Shown: in pieces, positions 23,188-34,146 of the stretch | Layout of the letters: every line of letters begins with the position of its first letter | Position numbering within the stretch: the stretch's first letter is position 1 | Assembly: GCA_004764695.1 (NCBI GenBank) | Contig: SMSO01000031.1 | Span: forward strand, 6,926,761-6,990,760 | Length of the DNA stretch: 64,000 nt | Direction of reading: 5' to 3' | Source of the DNA: Schizochytrium sp. TIO01 | Lineage: Eukaryota > Protista > Bigyra: Labyrinthulomycetes | Made by a program: the position numbers and the translations under genes | Notes under the pieces: model-generated | Database searches by the model: none | What the model was told of the DNA's origin: nothing | What the model saw: the letters and a program-made list of their open reading frames with translations, nothing else

Positions 23188-25857
23188 GCTAAGCTCCGCC
23201 GCCTTCACCTCCAAGATCCCGCTCTGACCCACGCGTCTCGCGGACCAGGTCGAGAGCGATCGCTAACAGCAAAGCCTGAACAACACAAGGCCAACAACAC
23301 AAGCAAACAAAGACGGAGAAGAACGAGAAAGAAGACTTCTATGCTACTTCGCAAATAGAACGCCCAAAGAACGCTCTCTGCTTTCTCCCCTTTGGCCCCT
23401 GCGTTCTCTTCGCGCGTTCCGTTCCCTTTGCGGCGCAGACAAAAGCCTAGCAGGCCGGCCTAGGCGTTCTCTCCGGGCGCTCCGCTTGCGGCAGAATAGC
23501 CTACTGTAGGGCGGAGAATAGTCCACTGTATGGGGAGTTATGTTTCACTTGTGGAGAGGGTTTGCTCCACTTGCGAACTCGTCGTTGCAAGTCGAGAATA
23601 GAAAACAGGCGGAGACGAAAACAGCGCGACGCGGCGGCAAGCAAGCGAGCGAGACGCACCGCGCGGAAGGCCGACCGGGCGGCAGCGGGGGCCTGGCAGA
23701 GAGGCCGGGGGGCGCGGGGAGGGTGCTGGCACCGCCGCGGCGGGCTCTCGCGGTCTGCGGCGGGCTAGCGAGGGCAGGCAACGCCCTTCCTTCGGCAGGC
23801 TCGGCTCTGAGCCTTTTTCCTTTCCTTCTTTCCTTTTCTTCGACTGACTTGCTTTTCCGCACTACTGCTATCGACTATAGCTATTACCTTAGGACTCCAC
23901 CACTACAGTTTAGGTTAGGAGGCCGGTACTCGTACAGAGCATGATATCGTTATGATTTGTGTTATGATTATTGTTATGATATTTAATAAGGACAAAGGGG
24001 GGAGACCGCGGAAAGTTAACGTTAGGAGGGGAGGGCGCAGACCTTCTAATTGAACTTACTGTTAAACGAGGGTTTCATAGCGGCGCTAACGTTATCATAT
24101 GATAGCAATGGGGGGCTAAGGGTGGCTTCATAGAACTGACGAACTGGATTGCTTGCAGCAGTTTGGTGCTTGGGATCATGAGGCGGTCGGCTGGAGGATG
24201 CTGATAGAGGGCTGGTGGGTGCAGGGTTCAGCCTGGCAGCTCGCAGCTGGTGGCGGTATCACCCAGCGACAGCTTTGCATTAGGAGCCACGATTCCAACG
24301 TCACGGGTTTATCTAATTATAACCAATACACAAGCATTGCTTGCACATGGACACGCCTAGGACTTCTGCCGTTGGTCCCCCCCCGGGCGGGGTGCTAGCG
24401 AAGCGGTAGGAGGTGCTAGTGGCATGAACTGTGGATGAAAGAAGTGGCGTGCGCCAGAACCGATGACCATGGATGCAGGAAATGGATGGCACAAGCCAAG
24501 AAATGGAGATCAGGGCCTGGGCTGGGACAAGGGAGGTGGATGCAGCAGGGGGATCGCTGGGTGACCTCTGTTCGGCGGGTGCCGAGATGGGTGTCTGCCT
24601 TTAATTGGCGTTTGTGTCAACTGGCTGATGGCAGTCTCCTCCATCTGGGATATCTGATGGATGGAGAGAGATTTGAGGCCCTTGGTGGACCTCGAGATGG
24701 TGCTGCTGCACAGTTCAACGGTTAGGCTGCTATGATGGTCTCAACATGATGATGAGCAAAGCATGGCACCCATTACATCACCCAGTGTGACTGTTGCAAA
24801 GCACCCATCAGACGATAGCTCCCAAACGATGGCTGCTGGTCTCTTTGGACCGAACAGCAAAAAATGCAGTTTTCATTCTATCTGCATCTAGAAATAATAC
24901 CTAGGTACTATTTCTTGAAGAAAGTCATCCACCACAACGCATCCATGCCAGGGTGTTATACAGCATGATTGAGATGCACAGCGACAAGAAGCAATCTCAG
25001 ACACTATACTACTATACTATCATGGTATGTAAGCAGGTCTTACTGCCAGGCACTGCCGATTACATAGTGTCATCTCGCACAATGATATTTGCATACTTGA
25101 CTCGAAATACATTTTGTGCATCTATTTTAAGTCAAAGTATGCAATAGGTGGCATTAATAAATCTTAAGCACAGCGATGAAACAGAAATGTTCTCTCGGTA
25201 AGGGTGGAGATAAGATTCGTAAGTGAAGAAGTTGTGGAAATACGACTTACATGGGCATATTGCTGTTGCTATTCGAATTTTAGACTATGCAGTGATGAAA
25301 AGCAAGAACAGATAGAACACGGGTATGAGATTTGAATCTTAATGATCAGGTGCTTAGCAGTACAATCGATGAAACAAGAATTGTAGAATCGTGTTGTAAA
25401 TTATCAAAGTAATGTTTCCGCTTTCGAGGTGAGATGTTTTGCAGAAAAACAAATGACGACGACTTCTCATCATCAGGGATCATAAGTAATGAGCATAAAT
25501 TAAGGAGATGGGGCAAGAGGTCTCTCATCTGTTAAGATTGAAATACGAGATTATAATGACAAATTGTGAGGTCAAATTCTGAAACTTTTTTCTTTTTTCT
25601 TTGGGGGGTGTATAAATTTGTATGGAAAAAATTAAAGTTTCATGAAATTCAAAGGTAATAGAACTTTTTATGTACATAGGATTGTAGATATTAAAAAAAA
25701 AACTTCTCCTGGAAGAATCAAACTACGGTAAATAAATGAGGTGATAATATCATACTGATAGTAGCAGGAATGCATTCCCGTTTAGCTTGTATTTATCACT
25801 CAATACAGGAAAACTCGCATTCTTAATAGATCAGCATACATTTCATGATTTAAATAT

Positions 25858-27606
25858 TTAAGGCTGAGCTAGCGATAGAAAAATTGCGCCTAAGCGCACG
25901 TTGCAAGATTCAGCTGTCTCGTCCTCTTGATCGAGCAAACATTGCACTTGAGCAAGGGCGCCATTTTTAAGAGCTCCAATTTTCTCCCAAAAGTCAGTAG
26001 TACTGGGAAGAGCCTTTGCAGGCTTAGAATAGATAGTAAGATCCGTCTCACCATCAAAACCTAAACTAGACTTCACAACCATCTTAAACATGAAGTTTTC
26101 AGTAAATGGGAATGCAACGCCAATGTCGTTGTTTCCTTCGTTCGTATTGGATCCTGCATTCTCTTGGTCTTTGCTTGCGTCTGGATTGAAGAGCTGAAAT
26201 CGCAAAAACTTGCCTTTGGAAGTAACCTGCTCTGTACCTATCTGGGAAATCGGTACAAGACGCAATGCAACGCCTGTTTGAAGGTGCAAGGTTGCCTCGT
26301 ATGGAAAGTTTGTCTTGGGCTTTGGAGGTTCAGCGGCATCCTGTTCAATAGCGCCGTCTTGATCCTCCCCGATTTCTTGAATAACAGGTTCTTCATCCCG
26401 CTCAGACATATAACGACCAGAAAGAAGTTCTTCAACAGCATCGTCATTATATAAGCCAGCAAGCTGTCGAATGAGAGGATCATCGCGGTCTTCTTTGGTT
26501 TTAAATGTATTAGAGATAACATTATCAACTTGAGCTTTCCAGTTTGTTTTGCGCAAGACTGTCTCTCGGATTTCTGCGACCTGCTCTAGAACAAGTGCGG
26601 TTGATGTCGTTGCAGGTGGAGCATCCATGATAGTGATTTCGTCAAAGGTTCGTTGAAGATCAGCGAGAATAGGGAGTTGGTCTACAAGTGTTTGATTAAG
26701 ATATTTGCGTACTCGAAGAAGGGAGTCTTTTCGAAAAGAGTGGAAATAGTATCGCTTGCGCACTTCACCCTCACAAAGCAGATTGTACATAATGAGCCAG
26801 GGCTGAGCTTCTAGTGGGGTTAACAGCAGAAGGTCCTGAGGTTCTACCTTGGTCCAGATATGATCTTGGAGCTTTTCCCATTGACCCTGTTTGTTCCGCC
26901 TTGTCCAAGGCATGTTCTCAATACAGGGTACCACCATACACGGGACGTCGTGTGTGTCAAGAAGGCGAGTCATAACACTTAAAGGCAAAGAGGTTACATG
27001 CTCACAGATGAAACGCAATACAGACACAGCGGCGATGCTGCAACGCCAGTGGATGTCGTGGAGCTGGCGTTTAAATTCACGAAGTCGCCCCTCAGGAGTA
27101 TCCATATCAACAGCAGACTTCTTCATCATTTCTTCTGCTTGAAGATTGTCATCTTCGCGCATAGATAAATCTGTAAGCCATTGCAAACGACGGCAACAGT
27201 AGTCGACTACTTCAAGAATAGTCTCTCCGCACGATTGCGCTGCGTAATCATGATAAAGGACCACTTCTAACAAGTTACAAATTGTAGCCTCCTGAAAAGC
27301 CACATGATAACCTCGAATTGCGTTATTTTCTGCAAGGTGCTCTAGGATCTGGTCATTTGTCAAAACTTTCTCTCGCCATGCTTCAATCACAATGAGTTCG
27401 TGCACAATCACTTTAAGTTTGTCATGTGTCACGAGCGCCTCCAGAACAAAGTTTTCTTCATTCTTTTGTACACATTCATGGGCCTGCAGATTTAGTTTCT
27501 GCAAGATCATATGCTGCCGCATCCAGTTCGGCGAGCCGACCTCTTCAACTGCCATAGTTTCGAGCGCCTCGATCGCCTGCTCCGCCTCGTACGCTGGAAG
27601 CACCAT
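25858..27606 (-). CDS. ZMYND10: ZMYND10-like dynein-arm assembly factor, without the C-terminal MYND zinc finger
   Basis: Motifs match ZMYND10 as recalled: EAE..GS..W..QH..LQKLNLQA, EATICNLLE, VDYC.R.L, THDVPC..PW.R, W..YNLL, DQLPILADLQ, LVLEQ..EI. No CxxC pairs after residue ~400. Confidence 0.9.
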   Translation of the reverse strand: MVLPAYEAEQAIEALETMAVEEVGSPNWMRQHMILQKLNLQAHECVQKNEENFVLEALVTHDKLKVIVHELIVIEAWREKVLTNDQILEHLAENNAIRGYHVAFQEATICNLLEVVLYHDYAAQSCGETILEVVDYCCRRLQWLTDLSMREDDNLQAEEMMKKSAVDMDTPEGRLREFKRQLHDIHWRCSIAAVSVLRFICEHVTSLPLSVMTRLLDTHDVPCMVVPCIENMPWTRRNKQGQWEKLQDHIWTKVEPQDLLLLTPLEAQPWLIMYNLLCEGEVRKRYYFHSFRKDSLLRVRKYLNQTLVDQLPILADLQRTFDEITIMDAPPATTSTALVLEQVAEIRETVLRKTNWKAQVDNVISNTFKTKEDRDDPLIRQLAGLYNDDAVEELLSGRYMSERDEEPVIQEIGEDQDGAIEQDAAEPPKPKTNFPYEATLHLQTGVALRLVPISQIGTEQVTSKGKFLRFQLFNPDASKDQENAGSNTNEGNNDIGVAFPFTENFMFKMVVKSSLGFDGETDLTIYSKPAKALPSTTDFWEKIGALKNGALAQVQCLLDQEDETAESCNVRLGAIFLSLAQP

Positions 27607-30600
27607 CTTGGTCGATTCGAGTCACAAGAGTCCTGAACAATGTGCAAGAGAGCCTGTCGAGTCAAACCTTGTTAAATCTCGCGAGTGGGTTCCACTTTGG
27701 ACCACGGTCTGTCTGAAGGATTAACGATTGACGTTCAAGAACAAACAGAGTTAAGTCCTTGAGATCGTCGGCAAATGTGCTTGATACAGAATCAACGGGC
27801 TCCTCGTCTTATAATAAACATATAAGTTAAATCAATCAAGACTACTATTGTAATTGGTAGATGGTACTAGATTGATTGAGAGGGACCGTTCCAGAATAAA
27901 TAAGAGTAGCACAACGGACGTTTGGGCTCCCTCTTTTCATTTGTGCAATGGAATACCTGAGTATAAACAGTCACAGAAACGCTGATTAGGCATCGTAGTT
28001 TTGCTTTACCCCTCAAATATTTCAAGTTATCTGTATTACCATCGTGAAGTGCCCAAAAGAGTGGCCAATACCTTCTACAAAACGACAAATCGAAGAAAAT
28101 TAACGTAAACAGTATCTGTCTTGTATGTGAATACCACCCTTATATGAGAAACGCAAAATGTGCGCAAAATGGGTTCTTCAAGTACCTGTTCTTCTCGTTC
28201 CAGCCGTTCATTTCTCTATCCAAGGAAGGTTTTCAAATGGCTTTGAGCCTTGGAAAACGGTCTCTAGAGTACCTAGGTATGAAAGAGCTCGTCACTAACC
28301 TGAGCAACTTCAAACAGCAAACGGTCGAGACCTGATAGTCTTCAATTTCCCCAAGCTCGAAGTTCCCACTTGCTTCGGCTCGAACCTGCGGGCCAGCGCA
28401 ACTCGAGGTTTTCATAGATTACAGCGGGAGCAATTTTAGACCTGCAATGCTAGATCAATTAGGCGTGGTTTGCAGTAGCAGCGGTGTGGACGGATAGCAA
28501 ATGGAAATCATAATCAGGTCACGCGGTATGTCTCGTCAAGGTCCTCATCAAGCTCCACAATGGTTGGTTCAAAGTTGATTGCACACGCATTTCTAAAGGA
28601 GGGCTCAGATATGTTACTTGTCCTCCCTTTCGATTTTAATTCATCAGAAATCTAGCAATGCTGACCATAAAATGTGTCTTCATTCACCTGCACTGCGCAA
28701 CCCAGCTTGGTGGATTGGCACAACCCGCCGTGAGCGAAAGCAACGGCAGCAAGTTTTGATTGCAGTGCACGCCAGCAACTTGTAAGTTATCGACTCCTAT
28801 GATTTTGTAGTCATCCCCACGCAAAATACCTATTCACCCCTTGGAATACTATTTGTACTGGTGTGCACTTACTTGCCAGCCACCAGTTCTCTGCGATGAT
28901 GATTGAGACGCAAATTCGTCGTAGTCATTGGAAAAGCTTGTTCGTGAGCATGAGCAACTTGGGAAAACATAGAAAGCAAGATCCCTTTGTTTCTACTTGA
29001 CATTCATTTTTCTTCAGTAAAATAAAAATAGGTTTTCCCGAACCTTTGGAGAGATGCTTCCAGGAGCTTAAGCTGTTCTGAAAGTCATGTCTTTAGGCAG
29101 ATTTGGAGCATCAATTGATTACAAGTGCTTGCCTCTTAGTTAGTATTTAGTTCATTAAGCAATCAAAATTTAGTGTCAACGAAATCTGCGACACGAGGCT
29201 GGTGTTTGGTTTGCGTAGGACCAAACTGACTTTCGATGTGCAAAACCCGTCGTGCCCAAGGTGTGTCAGCATCATCGCCACGACTAGCTGCACCTCAATC
29301 GAGCTACGGTGCGATGATCCAGCGTTGATTCTGTAGAAATTTGATCGCTGTCGTGATGCTGAGGGGTGAGTGTCGTCGAGGACGGTTTCGACTAATTTTC
29401 GGCTTTACGAAATGAAAGGAGACTCCAACCGCATGGGTTGCGAGGCTGTGCAGGAATTGCAAAGCTTGTTTGAGTGGTTGCGGTAGCTCTCGGTTCGGAA
29501 CAAAGTTCCTCAAAGTGTAGGGAACATCCGAAAGGAAGGAAACCCAATTGCTTTTTGTAAAAAGATGGGAGTAAAAAGTCTACCAGGCCGACAGCATGTC
29601 AGTGATGATTCGCTCGATCGATAGTGACGCTGAGAACGAAATATCGAGTTAGAGTGACCAGATTTTATTTAATTTCTTCAGGCTCGTTTAGTTTTTATAA
29701 TTCTGAAAATTCACAGTGACGGCGATTCGTTTCATCGTACTTTTTGCTTCCATGCACCTAATATGTATTTATATATTTATACTATTTAACTTAATTTTTT
29801 TTAATTAAAAAAATATATATTTATCATATAATTATTTAACTTTAAAGAAAGGCGACTCATTAAAGAAAATTAAAAAATGGAAATGCATGCCGACTTCGCT
29901 GACCTTACAAGCAATCGAGCGCATGGTCAGGGTTGGGTTAAAAGTGCTTTCGTTCAAGTGCTAGCTTGGCCTTTCCTGTGTTTTGTGTTTGTTTAAGTAT
30001 TTATCGTCTAGCGAGCTAGCCAACCTGAGGTGGTACTACGGGTGTGTGTTTTCAATGATGAAAACAAAAGCGGCGCTCATGATCAGCCTGCTGGCGCGTA
30101 ATTCGCCTGACTACAATCTGCTCAGTTTAGCGACGCACAAGAAAAAGCGAGAAAATAACCAAAGGCGCCAAATCCTGCAAAGTTCTTGATGCTGATCGTG
30201 GATCGATTGAAGAAACCCCCCTTCCCCCAAAGAGAACGAAAAGCCAGAAGGTACCAGGAGATGATGAAGTCGGATTGTTAGCTAGCTACCTATTCTTGCT
30301 ATGAAATCAGCCGTTGACAGGAGGAGGCTAGATGGGAGAATTGAGAGTACTACACATCCGTGATCTCTGCAAATGCTGCTGTAATCAAGACGAACTTAAT
30401 GGGTATTCCCTATCGTCCTGTCAAGTTAAGAACATCGAATGCTTCGAGCATGCAGCCGCTTAAGATCATCGAAAAACACGCATTTGTTTTGATATCGCAG
30501 CTCGTTTGGCCGAGAATGCCATGATATCAGACTGACCCATTCGCCGTTAAACGTCGTTAGAGCCACACACAAGCTCAAAGACTTCAGGGCAAATTTTATG

Positions 30601-30779
30601 CCTCAGATGGCTCACATTTAGTATCAGGAATCGCGTTATTTGAGTATTAACTATCTTTCGAGCGGTGGGCGGGACTCTTCTTCGAGTTGAGTTTCTGGGT
30701 GATAAAACCCCTCAAGCTGAGGCAGATTAGCCATTCTCAATACTAATTTAATACTCTCAGGACACAAGGCCGCTTCCTT

Positions 30780-31130
30780 CATAAAGGGCTGCGCTTTCGA
30801 ATATCGGGGCAGAGTTTATAATGGAAAGCATTCACTCTGTTTAGGACGTTCGCGTTCGCATATGTTCGTCTGATTCCGTTAACTTTATCCGTCCCTCTTT
30901 TGCAAGAACTCCTGCCTCGGAGCATAAACGAGAAGCAGCAAAGATAGCTGGATTTTACAATGTGAAGGCTGCCTCAAGCAAGGCCACGGCGGTTGTTGGT
31001 GACGGCGCTGATCTCTTCTTTCGGCTCGAATGCATTAGCTTGCTCAAGTCCCTTACAACTTCAACGTTCAAGTGGCCAAGTTCTTCTCATGCTCGTTTTA
31101 TCAACTTGGTGAGTCTTGCAGGCGGAGCCT
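30780..31130 (+). pseudogene. Possible decayed fragment of a phosphate acetyltransferase N-terminal (BioD-like/AAA_26) domain
   Basis: Frameshifted pieces in correct order: NGKHSLCLG (30820-30846), DSVNFIRP (30872-30895), FYNVKAASSKATAVVGDGADL, YNFNVQVAK (31054-31080). They resemble Pta GKS..LG / V..FRP / Y...V.VEG / FN..IAK motifs. Confidence 0.3.
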
Positions 31131-32135
31131 ACATCTTGCTGGTGTTAGTGCTGCTGTTGTTAGTGCTGCTGTTGCAAATATAGCATCGTCACTGATGCAA
31201 AGTTCTTCATCCTGAAATAATCTCCAGAGCAAACTTCAAGACAAAATAGCATGCACCCCTCCCTTTCAACTGCTTGCATGTGCTCGGAGCGACCTCGACT
31301 GAGTTGGTACGAGCAACTCAGTGAATCAGTACGAGCAAATACACACACGCACACATCAGGAACCATAGGTACAATTGAATCGCCATCACTTGCAGGCACA
31401 CACTGACATTTTGGATAAAAATCAATGTTATTTCTTGAAAGAGACTTTCTCCATCTTTTGAGGGTAATAAGCTCAGAGAGAAAAGAAAAGAAAAGATCAA
31501 AGCATTTAAAACTAAAAAACATTTTTATCTTTAATTAAAAAAGTATACCTACATCATATGTATATTTTAATGAATGAAAGTAATGTAGTGTGAGCCTCTG
31601 AGACGTGCCAGCGAAGCAGATGATCGCGCATCTATGAAAGAAAATGAGAGTTTCCTCTTGGCCACAGAACCAATGTTTGATGTTTGGCTCTGACCTTTTC
31701 CCTGCATACCGTAGACCTTCATATCTTCTAACCAAGGAAAAGGATTTCCTGCATTAACCAAAAAACAACACGAGAAAAACAAGGTGTTTAGAAGAATGAA
31801 CATTTCTTTGTAATTATCACGTAGCCTGGGTTCTAGCAAGTATGGGTTATCTGGTTACGCGTACACCTATCTACCATGCGAATAAGATGGGTCCAGACAA
31901 GCTGCAGTTTCTAATATTGTGCTGCGCGGATACGCTTGGTTCTTTTTCTGAGAATATAACAAACCCATCACACGATGGATGAGGCTTTGTCAAATATTTG
32001 TAAGTTTGAAATAAATGCCTTTTTTCTTGTCTTTTCCCTCTAACTATTGTATAGAAAATTGGCCCGTAAAGGGTGATTTATATATAGATTATGGAAGCTG
32101 AAGTCGCTAACCTTGAAGGAAAAGCTGTTCGCTGT

Positions 32136-32174
<39 letters not shown>

Positions 32175-34074
32175 GCCCCCTTGATGATTTAAACCCTCCT
32201 ATATGAACATTGTGAGAGTTAGTTATGAATCGGGCACCTCTCAAACCTTGTGTTTCAACGACAACGTTGAATTTATTCTATATACAATTAAAAAACACAG
32301 GAGAAAATGTAATCGAATCTTCTATGAAGCTGTCATTTTTTAATACTGAAGGTAGGTATAGACATCTAGACATGAATGTAAGGCTACTTCAAGTTGGAAA
32401 AGAACGAATGGGTGGATGCTTAAGGAAATGATTGGCGAATAAACGGTGATGCATTGAAAACTGAAGTAGTCTCACCGCTAAATTGAGAATCACCCCTAGC
32501 GCTTTACATAATTGTATGGTGGCTGGAAGAGAACAAAGTGCAACTGTATTTAGTTTAGCCAGCAAGATGAGGACTCGGAATATTTTTTTTCAATCACATA
32601 AAAGATAATAGCGGTGTTTCGCAGCGCCTCGGCACGTGAATTAAGTTTTTGCATTAAAAAAATGATCACCACCATCGTGGTTACCTATCTCATGCAGTTC
32701 ACCAGCGATTCATCATCAGCCGATGGGAACAACAACGAGGTTGCAAGCAGCATTGGACCCATCAGCTCCCTCAGCCAACCAAGTTCAACTGCACAACACA
32801 AAGTTGGAAATTCATTGCTTTGAATCGACACTGTTTTTCACACTTCACGTGGAGTCGAAAATTCGATGACTTGACGGTGATGAGAACTCCAGCACTACTC
32901 AGCCTTTCTTGCTGGCCAAATTGAATGAACGTGTACTATTCATGGGGAAGCTGCACCGATTGATTCGAGCCCATTTCTACTTCAGCCAACCAAGGCTATT
33001 GTTTTTTTTTTTTTTTTTTTTTCCTTTTTTTTCTTTTTTCCTTTTTGTCTTTTTTTTCAGTAATCCACAGGGGTTTGACAATATCATGGTGCTTTGAGTT
33101 CGCGACAGGGCAGTGTGTTTGTTCGTGACAAAGAGTTTCGTGAAGCAAATCTTTCAACTAATACTTCAAATTAAGCCGGGCTCTGTTGGCATTTTCGTCA
33201 TGGCTCCTGGCACCTTTGCGCTTGGTGCAAGTTCTCAGTCGCGATGAAAACCATGTTGTCCAATGCTCACAATGATCACACAATGACATCACCGATTCGA
33301 AACTACTACTAGGTACGACTATCTCATCTGCGCCGCTAACGATCCGAGCGAGCGCTGCTGAAGTGTTGGACTTGGCATTAAGACACCATTTGTTTTGCAA
33401 GGTTGGTAGAAATGATGACTGCGTTTCTCGTGTTATCCCTGCTTTCAAAAGTAGAAATCACAAACGGAAAGAAATCAAGACTTACCCGCTTAGGCTGGCT
33501 GGTCAACTAAGTGAGATTCTCAGATCGTTTAAATGCTCGCCTCGAACAGTGTCGGGCTCTACATGCCACCATGGTCCCAAGCCAGTTTTCGAGGAAGAGC
33601 CTTGACACAGCTGCCTGTCTACGCCCTTGGAAGGTGGGGTGATGTGAAAGAAAAGATAGCACTCGGTATAGCATAGGTCCTACAGATCGCTTGAACGAAC
33701 ACAAGACGACGCAGCGGCATGACTACATCACGGTTCGCCGTCTCAAGAGCCCGAATTGAGCATCACGACCATGCTACTCGATATGACGACATGCCAGAGT
33801 GATGACAACGGTGGCGCCTTTTCGAACACCTCGAACCAGCAGCCCACGAGTTAGTTCTTCAATCCTCCTTTCCAGGTTTGAACATGGACTAATAATCCTC
33901 AAAGAAATTCAAATTCCACAACTCTGTTTGTTTGTTCGTTTGTTTGAATGATCGATCCCATCCCAGTCCATTCAATCGCAGTCGCTCAAGAGGTTACAAC
34001 CTCATCCATCCATCCACCCAGGAAGAAGGCGTGCGAGTGCACGCTGCAGAGGCGCTCTTCCTCCCTCCCTCCAC

Positions 34075-34146
34075 GACAGCAATGATCGATTGACAGCAAT
34101 GATCGATTGACAGCAATGATCGATTGACAGCAATGATCGATTGACA
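34075..34146. repeat. 17-bp minisatellite GACAGCAATGATCGATT x4
   Basis: Perfect copies start at 34075, 34092, 34109 and 34126, followed by a partial GACA. Confidence 0.95.

Noticed and set aside
28366-28400. tRNA T-loop-like GGTTCGAGCC on the minus strand
   Set aside because: The T-stem does not pair and there is no cloverleaf.
34075-34146. CRISPR-like array
   Set aside because: Head-to-tail repeats without spacers, eukaryotic context, no cas genes. The two-copy repeat at 49087-49289 is rejected likewise.
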